From: an uncultured Chloroflexia bacterium
Lineage (GTDB): Bacteria; Chloroflexota; Limnocylindria; Limnocylindrales; CSP1-4
Reading direction: 5' to 3'
Length of the DNA: 64,000 nt
NCBI GenBank assembly: GCA_963746075.1
Contig: CAVUZY010000007.1
Location: forward strand, 143,338 to 207,337
Below the pieces are notes generated by a model. It worked only from the letters and a program-made list of their open reading frames with translations, did not search any database and was not told where the DNA came from. Made by a program: the position numbers and the translations under genes. Positions within the stretch are counted from its first letter, which is position 1. Every line of letters begins with the position of its first letter. Below are positions 18,801-27,183 of this stretch, one piece after another.

Positions 18801-20629
18801 AGCGCCGCCACGCGGTCGATCACGCCGATGTCGACGACCTGGGCGTCGAAGATCGCCTGGATCCGGTCGCCGACCAAGTCGTACATCGCCTGCATGTCGA
18901 GCCGCTCGGCCAGGCCATGCTGGACGTCGTTGATGAGCGCGAGCTCCGCCGCCCGCTCGTTGGTCTCCGCGAGCAGACGTTTCGTCTCGTTGAACAATCG
19001 GGCGTTCTCGAGCGCGACGCCCATGCTCGTGGCGAGCGTGCTCAACAGGCGGACATCACCGTCATCGAAGGCGTCGCGGTCGAAGCTCTCGAGCGCGATG
19101 ACGCCGAGGACCCGATCGCCGGCCAGGATCGGAACGCCGAGCCAGGACTGGGTCGTCTGCCCGAACAGGATCGCCCCCTGCGCCGCGATCGCGTCGTTGG
19201 ACCCGATGTTCAGCGGCGTCCGCGAGCGGATGACCTCGGACGTCAGCCCCGGGCCGAATGGGATCGGCGTCGGCTGGAGCGGCTCGCCGCCCTCGATCGC
19301 ATAGGGGAAGGTGATCATCCCCGCGGCCTCGTCGTAGGCGTCGATGTGGAGCGAGCGGACCCGGAAGATCTCGCCGACCCGCCGACCGACGAGCTCGACG
19401 ATCGCCTGGTAGTCGAGCTGGCGAGCGAGCGCCGCACCGATCTCGTTGATGACGGACAGCTCCGCTGCCCGCTCGTTCGTCTCGGTCAGGAGCCGCTTGG
19501 TCTCGTCGAACAGCCGGGCGTTCTCGAGAGCCACGCCCATGCTCGCGGACAGCGTGTTCAGGAGCCGCTCGTCGGCCTCACCGAATGCATTCGAGCGGAG
19601 GCTCTCGAGCCCGACGACGCCGATGACCCGGTTTCCCGCCGGGATCGGCGCGCCGAGCCAGGACTGGGTATCCGAGCCGCCGACGTTCACGGCGCCGGCG
19701 GCCTCCTGCTCCTCGACGCTGCCGATGCGGATCGACCGCCCGGTCCTCAGGACGGTCGACGTGAGGCCGGGACCGACGGGGAATTCGCCGCGATCGAACT
19801 GAACGCCCTCGTCCATGTCGTACGGGAACGTGAGGGTGTCGCGTTCCGGATCGTGCAGGGCGATGAACAGGGACTTCGTCTCGAAGATCGTGCTGACCCG
19901 GTCGCCGACCAGCTCGATGATGGCACTGAACTCCAGCTGCGCCGCGAGCGCCTGGCCGATCTCGTTGACCAGGGAGAGCTCGGCGTTGCGTTGGCGCGTC
20001 TCCTCGAGGGCGCGAACGCGCGTCAGCGCCGCGCCGATGTGCTGGCCGACGAAGGCCAGGACGTCGAGATCGCCGTCGGCGAACCGGATCGTCCCCGTGT
20101 ACGTCTGCGATACCACCGCACCGATCGTGCGCCCATCCGCGACCAGCGGCGCCCCGAGCCACTCGCTCTCAGGCGTGGTCAGGCCGACCTCTTCGAGTTC
20201 GCCGGCGGCCACCAGGTTCAGGAAGTCCGCCGTCCCCAGCCGAATCGGGCGGCCTTTGCGCAGCAGGTAAGCGGTCGTCCCACGCGCGTTGCCGACGCCG
20301 AACGGCTCCCAGGCGGCTGGGTCCGGCAAGTCCAGGTCGACGGTGTCGACGTAGTAGGGGAAGTTGATGGCCTGCCGCTGTGCGTCATAGAGGGCGATGT
20401 AGAAGTTCTCGGCAGGCATCAGCATCCCGACGGTTGCCTGGACCTCGCGATAGAACGCCTGGAGGTCGCTCGCGCCGCTTGCCGCCTCGGAGATTCGGTA
20501 CAGGGCGGCCTGGACGCGCTCGGATCGTTCGTGCTCAGCCTCGCGCGCCTCGAGCTCCGCGACTCGAGCGCGCAGAGCAGCAACGTCGTCGGTCGTCGTC
20601 GCGGCTGGCTCGTCTGCGTCGTGCGCCAC
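15841..20629 (-). pseudogene. Six-GAF hybrid sensor histidine kinase (GAFx6-HisKA-HATPase-REC-REC); three frame changes as assembled
   Basis: GTG 20629. Five GAF units are in ORF 17939..20629. After a shift near 18250 (..[13 protein letters not shown] / [14 protein letters not shown]) comes GAF6 plus the H-box [11 protein letters not shown] in ORF 16948..18246. After a shift near 17000 comes [23 protein letters not shown]. After a shift near 16783 (extra T) comes [11 protein letters not shown] plus two receivers ([11 protein letters not shown]; [12 protein letters not shown]) in ORF 14704..16908. Confidence 0.8.
17000..20400 (-). repeat. Internal modular repeats of the GAF array (coding repeat)
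   Basis: Six GAF units are joined by near-identical helices, e.g. SMGVALENARLFDETKRLLTETNERAAELSVINEIG and SMGVALENARLFNETKRLLAETNERAAELALINDV. The others end [50 protein letters not shown] and [25 protein letters not shown]. Confidence 0.7.
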
Positions 20630-20741
20630 GCTGCTCCCATCCGGCGCGCAGACCTGCCTCTCCGCGCACCCGTGGCGAGGATAGCGCGCGAGACGAAGCC
20701 GGAGAACCGGCCGCGACGCGTCCGCAGGCTACGATCCGGCC

Positions 20742-22148
20742 ATGCCTCCGACCGCCGTTGTCTGGTTTCGTCGCGACCTCCGTCTCCACGACCACCCGGC
20801 GCTCACGCATGCCGTCGAGCAGTACGAGCGGGTCGTCGGGCTCTTCGTCATCGATGACGCGCTCGTCAACGGGCGATGGTCCAGCCCGAACCGGACGTGG
20901 TTCCTCGGCAGGGCCCTTGAGGCGCTCGGCGACGATCTACGGGAGCGAGGCGCGACGCTCGCCGTCATCGCCGGCGATCCGCGGGTCGCCGCGGTCGATT
21001 TTGCCCGTGAGATCGGAGCCGAGGCGATCCTCGCCAGCCTCGACTACGGTCCGTACGGCCGGGCTCGTGACGAGGCCGTGGCATCTGCCGCCGCGGCCGC
21101 GGGGATCGGCTTCCTGGCCGGTCGCGGGCTCCTCGTCCATGAGCCCGAGGACATCCGTCGCGACGACGGCGTCGCGTACACCGTCTTCGGCCCATTCCAT
21201 CGACGCTGGCGGCAGCTGCCGATCCGGGCCGCCCTCGAGGCGCCCGAAGCGATCCCGGGCCTACCCCACGTCCCGCACGCGGAGCGCGGGCGCGCGCGGG
21301 AGCTGCTCGGACATCCGGCACCGACCTCCGAGCCGAGCCTGCTCCTGGAGCCGGGCGAGGCGGCCGCCCGACGCCGGCTCGAAGCTTGGGCTTCCTCGGC
21401 GGCCCTGGCCGCCTACGACACGGGCCGCGACCGGCTCGACCTCGAAGGCACGTCTCGTCTGAGCCAGGACCTCCGCTGGGGGACGCTGTCGGCCGTGGAG
21501 GTGGTCGAGCGATGCGCCGGCAGCGGTGCGGGCCCGGTGCGCTTTCGCTCCGAGATCGCCTGGCGCGACTTCTACGCCCATTTGCTCTGGCACGAGCCGC
21601 GGGTCCGGCACGAGTCATTCCGGCGGGAGCTCGACGACGTCGCCTGGGAACACGATGCGGGCGTGATCGACGCGTGGCGCGAGGGCCGCACCGGCTACCC
21701 GATCGTGGACGCGGCGATGCGCCAGCTTCGCGCGATGGGCTGGATGCACAACCGGGCGCGGATGATCGTGGCGTCGTTCCTGACCAAGCACCTCGGCGTG
21801 GACTGGCGTGTCGGCGAGGCCCACTTCATGGCCCATCTCGTCGACGGCGACCCGGCCAGCAACAACGGCGGCTGGCAATGGGCCTCGTCGACCGGCACGG
21901 ACCCGCAGCCCTACTTCCGGATCTTCAACCCGACGCTCCAGGGTCGACGGCACGACCCGGACGGAGCGTATGTCCGGCGCTGGGTGCCGGAGCTCGCGCA
22001 GGTCGCCGCGGCGGCCGAGCGAGCGGGCCTGCCGGCTCCGGACGTCCATGCCCCGGCGGCGGGCACGTATCTGCCGCCCATCGTCGATCACGCGGATGCC
22101 CGACAACGCGCTCTCGCCGCCTACGAGGCCCGTCGCTCGGGCGCATGA
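20742..22148 (+). CDS. phr: Deoxyribodipyrimidine (CPD) photolyase, class I
   Basis: 468-aa ORF: VWFRRDLRLHDHPAL, TSRLSQDLRWG, GYPIVDAAMRQL..GWMHNRARMIVASFL, DGDPASNNGGWQW, PYFRIFNP. Confidence 0.92.
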   Translation: MPPTAVVWFRRDLRLHDHPALTHAVEQYERVVGLFVIDDALVNGRWSSPNRTWFLGRALEALGDDLRERGATLAVIAGDPRVAAVDFAREIGAEAILASLDYGPYGRARDEAVASAAAAAGIGFLAGRGLLVHEPEDIRRDDGVAYTVFGPFHRRWRQLPIRAALEAPEAIPGLPHVPHAERGRARELLGHPAPTSEPSLLLEPGEAAARRRLEAWASSAALAAYDTGRDRLDLEGTSRLSQDLRWGTLSAVEVVERCAGSGAGPVRFRSEIAWRDFYAHLLWHEPRVRHESFRRELDDVAWEHDAGVIDAWREGRTGYPIVDAAMRQLRAMGWMHNRARMIVASFLTKHLGVDWRVGEAHFMAHLVDGDPASNNGGWQWASSTGTDPQPYFRIFNPTLQGRRHDPDGAYVRRWVPELAQVAAAAERAGLPAPDVHAPAAGTYLPPIVDHADARQRALAAYEARRSGA

Positions 22149-22152
22149 CGGG

Positions 22153-23118
22153 TCAGGCGGGGCGGCGGATCGCCGCGTCCAGCGCGGCGACCGCGGCTGC
22201 CAATGGCTCGGGCAGGATGATCAGTGGAGCGCCGTCGGGAGCACGACCCGGCTCCGCGGCGACCTGCTTCGCGAACACGTTGCCGGCGCGCTCCGCCCGC
22301 CGTCCGCCGAAGAGGACCGGGAGATCCGGCTGGGCAGCCCGGAGCGCGCTCGCGACCTCGACCGCGGGACGCGCGTCGGTCGCCGTGAGGACACCGATGA
22401 CGGCCGCTCGCGCGCCGGTTCGTCGAGCCGTCGCGACCCATTCCGCGACCGGCAGGTCAGGTCCGAGGTACAGAACCGGTAGTCCGGCTCGTCGCGCGGC
22501 CGTGGCGAAGGCCAGCGCACCGAGCTCATGCCGGCCGGTCGGCGGCATCCCGACAAGGACGGCCCCCGCAGCCGGCGCGGACCGCCCGGCTGCCTGATAG
22601 GCGGCAGCGAGCCGGCGCAGAGCCGCGTGGCTTGCGGCGTGTTCCCCCGCGACCGCCAAACGGCCGTCCGCCCATGCCCCGCCGAGCGCGACGAGTGCCG
22701 GGAGCAGCAGGGCGTCGGCCACGAGCTCGAACGTGCCTGCCGCGAACATCCGGTCGAGGACATGTTCGAGGGCGCCGGTGTCGAACGCGATGGCGGCGTC
22801 GACGAATGCCTCGATCAGGTCGGCATCGGCCGGCTCGCGCTCATCGCCCGCCCCGTCGGTCGCCGGGCGGTCACTGGGCGCGAGCTCCGGCAGCTCGATC
22901 GTCTCGCCGGCGAGGATTGCCGACGCGGCGGTGCTCGGCGTCCAGCCCGCGTCGACGAGCCGGCGCATCGTCCGGATCCGCTCGAGCGCGTCGTCGTCGT
23001 AGAGCCGGTAGCCCGCAGCGGTCCGGGACGGCGCAACGATCCCGTAGCGCCGCTCCCATGCGCGGAGAAGGGGCACCGAGACGCCGGATCGGGCTGCTGC
23101 CTGTTTGATGGTGTACAT
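22153..23118 (-). CDS. litR: LitR/CarH-type MerR-family regulator with C-terminal cobalamin-binding domain
   Basis: From ATG 23118: MYTIKQAAARSGVSVPLLRAWERRYGIV (MerR HTH). WADGRLAVAGEH matches W-x9-EH. GRHELG matches the xHxxG lower-ligand motif, with a later GG (PVLFGG). Tail-to-tail with phr (stops 5 bp apart). Confidence 0.8.
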   Translation of the reverse strand: MYTIKQAAARSGVSVPLLRAWERRYGIVAPSRTAAGYRLYDDDALERIRTMRRLVDAGWTPSTAASAILAGETIELPELAPSDRPATDGAGDEREPADADLIEAFVDAAIAFDTGALEHVLDRMFAAGTFELVADALLLPALVALGGAWADGRLAVAGEHAASHAALRRLAAAYQAAGRSAPAAGAVLVGMPPTGRHELGALAFATAARRAGLPVLYLGPDLPVAEWVATARRTGARAAVIGVLTATDARPAVEVASALRAAQPDLPVLFGGRRAERAGNVFAKQVAAEPGRAPDGAPLIILPEPLAAAVAALDAAIRRPA

Positions 23119-23127
23119 GGTTCGTAC

Positions 23128-23178
23128 AGCATACATGGCAGAGAACCCTTGACAAGCCTGCGGACGCTCGTCTAGACT
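23128..23178. promoter_or_regulatory. Back-to-back promoters sharing one palindromic -35 (litR leftward, fasciclin operon rightward)
   Basis: Plus strand: TTGACA (23149-23154)-N18-TAGACT (23173-23178). Minus strand: TTGTCA (complement of 23150-23155)-N16-TATGCT (complement of 23128-23133), ending 9 nt before the litR ATG (near-leaderless). Confidence 0.4.
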
Positions 23179-23234
23179 CTCTACAGACCTTGTACAAACC
23201 CGTTGCAGGGACGTCGAAACCAGGAGATCAGCAC

Positions 23235-23741
23235 ATGCGACGCCTCGCCCTCCTCGCCGCCTCCGCGGCCCTCCTCCTCGGCCTGGCCGCCCAGCCCGTG
23301 GCCGCCCGCCAGCCCGGTCCGACGATCGTCGAGACTGCGCTCGCGGTGAACGCCGCCAGCGGCGAGTTCGACTCCCTGATCCAGGCCGTCGTCCGGGCGG
23401 ACCTCGTCAAGACCCTGAACGGCAACCGTCAGTTCACGGTCTTCGCCCCGACCGACGCCGCCTTCGAGAAGCTCTTCGCCGCACTCGGCGTCACTGGAGT
23501 CGCCGACATTCCGGTGGACACCCTCAGGGCGGTCCTGCTGTACCACGTGGCCCCGGGCCAGCGGTTCAGCGACGACGTCGTTGCCAGCACCCGGATCCGG
23601 ACCATCAGCAAAGGCTTCCTGTTCCCGTCGGTCCGCGACGGCGCGGCGTACGTGAACGATGCCCGCATCGTCGCCGCCGACATCGACGTCTCGAACGGCG
23701 TCATCCACGTCATCGACATCGTCCTCCTGCCCGCCGCCTGA
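23235..23741 (+). CDS. Secreted fasciclin (FAS1) domain protein
   Basis: ATG 23235 after AGGAGA. Signal peptide MRRLALLAASAALLLGLAA. FTVFAPTDAAF, LLYHV and NGVIHVID are FAS1 H1/YH/H2 motifs. Confidence 0.85.
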   Translation: MRRLALLAASAALLLGLAAQPVAARQPGPTIVETALAVNAASGEFDSLIQAVVRADLVKTLNGNRQFTVFAPTDAAFEKLFAALGVTGVADIPVDTLRAVLLYHVAPGQRFSDDVVASTRIRTISKGFLFPSVRDGAAYVNDARIVAADIDVSNGVIHVIDIVLLPAA

Positions 23742-23838
23742 ACCGGCGTCGCAGCCAACCCTCCTCCTCCCGGCACGGCGACGGACACCCCTCCTTCCGT
23801 CGCCGTGCCACACTCGCCTCGCTGACAGGACCGATCCC

Positions 23839-25281
23839 ATGAGCACCCATCGCCTCTCCGCCAGCCAGTTCATCGCCCGCCCGATCGAGGAGGTCTTCGA
23901 CTTCTTCTCGCGCCCCGAGAACCTTGGCCGGATCACGCCGGCGTCGATGGGCTTCGAGTTCCTGACCGAGGACCGCGAGATGCGTGACGGGCTCGTGATC
24001 CGCTACCGGATCCGCCCGCTGCTCGGCATCCCCGTGACCTGGACCACGAAGATCACCGACTTCGAGCCGCCGCATCGGTTCCAGGACGTCCAGCTCGGTG
24101 GCCCCTACCGCAGCTGGGAGCACACCCACACGTTCGAAGCCGTTCCAGGCGGAACCGTGGTCCGCGACGAGATCCGCTACTCCGTCCCGCTCGGGCCACT
24201 CGGCGATGCCGCCAACGCGCTCGTCGTCCGGGGCGAGCTGGAGCGGATCTTCCGCCACCGTGCCGAGACGATCCGGACGGTCTTCGCCGCGGCCGCCGAG
24301 CCGACCGGCCTGACCGTCGCGGTGGCCGGCGGGACGGGCTTCGTGGGCGGTGCGATCGCGACCGAGCTCCACCGACGGGGACATGCCGTCCGGGTCCTGA
24401 CCCACCGCGGCGAAGGCGCCCGAGGTGGTCTGGCCGACGCGATCGAGCTCCGGTCGGCCGATGTCCAGACCGGCGACGGCCTGGTAGAGGCCCTGCGTGG
24501 AGCCGACGCCCTGGCCATCGCGCTGGCGTTCAAGAACTCGCCGATCGAGGCGCCACGGAAGCACCAGACGTTCGTCGAGGTCGACGCCGCGGGCACCGAG
24601 CGGCTGATCGCAGCCGCCCGTGAGGCCGGCATCCAGCGCGTCGTGTATCTCTCGGGCGCCGGGGCCGCTCCCGACGCGAAGCGCCACTGGTTCCGGGCCA
24701 AGTGGCGGGCCGAGGAGGCCGTTCGCGGCTCGGGGCTGACGTGGACGATCATCCGCCCGACGTGGATCTTCGGTCCGCGCGACGTGTCCCTCAACCGGTT
24801 CGTCGGCTTTGCCCGCCGCCTCTTCCTGGTCCCGATGACGAACACCGGATCACAGCTGCTGGCGCCCGTCTTCGTCGATGACGCCGCGAACCTCGCTGCC
24901 GACGCGCTCGTCACCGACGCGGCCGCGAGCCAGGTGTTCGAGCTGGGCGGGCCCGAGACCCTCCGGATGCGCGACATCATCGCCGCCGCGCTGCGGGTGG
25001 CCGGCCTGCGACGGCCGATCCTGCCGGGCCCGACGCCGCTCATCAAGCTGCTCGCGATCCCGCTGTCGTGGCTACCGACGCCGATCCTCACGCCCGACGC
25101 GGTGGACTTCATCAACCAGCCCGCGACCGTCGACCTGGCGCCGCTCCAGGAGCGGATGCCGCGACGCCTGACGCCCCTCGAAGAGGGCCTCGCGACCTAC
25201 CTCGCTCCGCCGACCGGCGACGCGACCCTGCGCTTCGACGGTGCGAGCGGTCCCGCTCACGCCGCGCCGGCCCGGGGATGA
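23839..25281 (+). CDS. SRPBCC (START/cyclase-like) domain fused to NAD(P)-binding atypical SDR (NmrA/NDUFA9-like)
   Basis: From ATG 23839: N-terminal ~150 aa ligand-binding-like domain (FIARPIEEVFDFFSRPENL...WEHTHTF), then VAGGTGFVGGAIA Rossmann motif and the body of an epimerase-like SDR. Confidence 0.75.
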   Translation: MSTHRLSASQFIARPIEEVFDFFSRPENLGRITPASMGFEFLTEDREMRDGLVIRYRIRPLLGIPVTWTTKITDFEPPHRFQDVQLGGPYRSWEHTHTFEAVPGGTVVRDEIRYSVPLGPLGDAANALVVRGELERIFRHRAETIRTVFAAAAEPTGLTVAVAGGTGFVGGAIATELHRRGHAVRVLTHRGEGARGGLADAIELRSADVQTGDGLVEALRGADALAIALAFKNSPIEAPRKHQTFVEVDAAGTERLIAAAREAGIQRVVYLSGAGAAPDAKRHWFRAKWRAEEAVRGSGLTWTIIRPTWIFGPRDVSLNRFVGFARRLFLVPMTNTGSQLLAPVFVDDAANLAADALVTDAAASQVFELGGPETLRMRDIIAAALRVAGLRRPILPGPTPLIKLLAIPLSWLPTPILTPDAVDFINQPATVDLAPLQERMPRRLTPLEEGLATYLAPPTGDATLRFDGASGPAHAAPARG

Positions 25282-25772
25282 TGCCCTCCGAGCGCGGCGC
25301 GGCCATGGACGCGCCGAGCGCCCAGCCGGCGACGGCCGGAGCCCGCGGCGACCTGGCGGCGCTGAGCCGCCTGTACGACCAGCATGGATCGCTTGCCTAC
25401 ACGGTCGCGCTGCGCTTCGTCGGTGAGCCCGCCGGAGCGGAGGACATCGTCGAGGCGGCGTTCCTCGGCCTCTGGCGAACAGGAGAATGGTCCGAAGATG
25501 CCGCACTGCTCCGATCACGACTGATTGAGCTCGTTGTGCGCGAGGCGGTCGCGCGGAGTCAGTCGCCTGCGACGCCAGGTCGGGCGGCCGTCGCCGGCGC
25601 TGACGACCCGACGGCTGCCTCGCGGACCGCGCGTCGAGGTCGCCGGGGTCGTCTCGAACCTCTGAACGCCCAGGGTGGTGGCGCTAGCTTCGTTCGAGGT
25701 AGCGCTCGCGCTCCCAGTCGTGGACCATCGAGTCGTACAGCGTCCTGCTCGACCCGGGCCGCATTGAGGTAG
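25278..25772 (+). CDS. ECF sigma-factor-like protein with only a sigma-2 region (3' end uncertain)
   Basis: ATG 25278 overlaps the upstream TGA (ATGA). LYDQHGSLAYTVALRFVGEPAGAEDIVEAAFLGLWR resembles sigma70 region 2.1-2.2. No region-4 HTH in any frame. GC3 decays after ~25620 and the ORF tail overlaps the 3' end of the convergent GS-like gene. An alternative stop in another frame lies at 25663-25665. Confidence 0.35.
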   Translation: MMPSERGAAMDAPSAQPATAGARGDLAALSRLYDQHGSLAYTVALRFVGEPAGAEDIVEAAFLGLWRTGEWSEDAALLRSRLIELVVREAVARSQSPATPGRAAVAGADDPTAASRTARRGRRGRLEPLNAQGGGASFVRGSARAPSRGPSSRTASCSTRAALR

Positions 25773-27107
25773 TGGTCGACGACGTCCTGGCCGAAGATCG
25801 CCGGCGCCGCCTCGGACCGCTCGAGCTCGCCGATCGCCTCGTACAGCGCCCGCGGCATCCGGGGCACGTCCTTGGCGATGTAGCCGTTGCCCTTGAACTC
25901 GGCCGGCGGCTCGAGGCCTTCGTCGATCCCGCACAGGCCGGCCCCGATCATCGCCGCGTAGGTCAGGTAGGCGTTCATGTCGCCGCCCGGGAAGCGGTCC
26001 TCGACATGGAGCGCCGATGCCGTGGCCGACCAGCCGGAAGCCCGTCGTCCGGTTGTCGCGGCCCCAGACGATGTTCACCGGCGCCCAGGACAGTGACGCG
26101 TAGCGCTTGTAGGAGTTGATGTTCGGGGCGATGAAGATCGCGAGCTCGCGTGAGTAGGCCATCATCCCGGCGACGAACCGGGCGAACGTCTCGGACATGC
26201 CGTACGGCCGGCCGGCGTCTCGGATCGTGGGTCAGGGACTGCGACCCGTCCTCGTTCCAGATGCTCATGTGGAGATGGCCCGACGACCCGGTCCACGTGT
26301 GGTCCGGCTTGGCCATGAACGTGATGCCCCAGCCGTTGAGGTAGGCGATCTCCTTCGCGCCGTGCTTGAAGAGCACGCTCCGGTCGGCCGACTCGAGGAC
26401 GTGGTCGTAGCGGATGTTGACCTCGTGCTGGCCCGGCGCCGCCTCGCCCTTGCTGAACTCGATCGGGATCCGGGCCTCGGTCATCTGGTTGCGCAGGAGC
26501 CGATGGAGCGGCTCGGCCTTGGTCGCCTGGAGGAGGTGGTAGTCCTCGTTGTAGTAGCCGAAGCGCTGCGGCGATGCCCCAGCCGTAGCTCGGCCGACTC
26601 CTCCCACGACTCCTTGAGGACGTAGTACTCGAACTCCGAGCCGGCCTTGACCGTCAGGCCGGGCTCCGCGGCCCGCGCGACCTGGCGCTTGAGGATCGTC
26701 CGCGGCGAGACCGGCGATCTCCTCGTGCTCCTCCTCGGTGAACGTGTCGGACAGGACGATCGCGGTCTTCTCGAGCCACGGCAGGACCCGGAGCGTGTCC
26801 CAGACCGGCGCGGCGATCCAGTCGCCGTAGCCCGTCTCCCAGTTCATCAGCGGCGAAGCCCTCGGGCGTGTTCATCTCCATGTCGGTGCCGAGGAGGTAC
26901 GTGCAGAAGTGGGCGCCGTGGTCGATGACGCCGGCGAGGAACGCCTCGCGCCTGGACGCGCTTGCCCATCAGCCGGCCCTGCATGTCGGTGATCGCGACG
27001 ACGAGCGTGTCGATCCGGCCGTCGCGGACCATGGCCTGGAGCTCCTGGAGGCGCGGGTGGTCCGAGCCGCCGCCGGGGCCGCCGTGATCGCTGTGCGTGC
27101 TGCTCAT
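25684..27107 (-). pseudogene. Glutamine synthetase family gene (gamma-glutamyl-amine synthetase-like), broken by about seven frameshifts
   Basis: Eight consecutive fragments in alternating frames:
- MSSTHSDHGG..DMQGRLMGKRVQAR
- AFLAGVIDHGAHFCTYLLGTDMEMNTPEGFA
- LMNWETGYGDW..EEEHEEIA
- VSPRTILKRQVARAAEPGLTVKAGSEFEYYVLKE
- FGYYNEDYHLLQ..KPDHTWTGSSGHLHMSIW
- MSETFARFVAGMMAY..NINSYKRY..GRDNRTTGFRL
- MNAYLTYAAMIGAGLCGIDEG..HYLNAARVEQD
- LYDSMVHDWERERYLERS-stop (TAG 25686-25684). Confidence 0.8.
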
Positions 27108-27183
27108 CGAACCCTCTGAGATGCAGGGACGGGGACCGCCGTCGATGGCTCGGCCGGCGGTCGCCGGGTGGAACGGCTCGGCG

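Noticed and set aside
25068-25277. Upstream 70 codons of ORF 25068..25772, which would lengthen the sigma-like protein.
   Set aside because: This stretch lies inside the 3' part of the SRPBCC-NAD(P) gene in another frame and reads as Arg/Pro/Asp-rich filler. The ATG at 25278, overlapping the upstream stop, is the sensible start.
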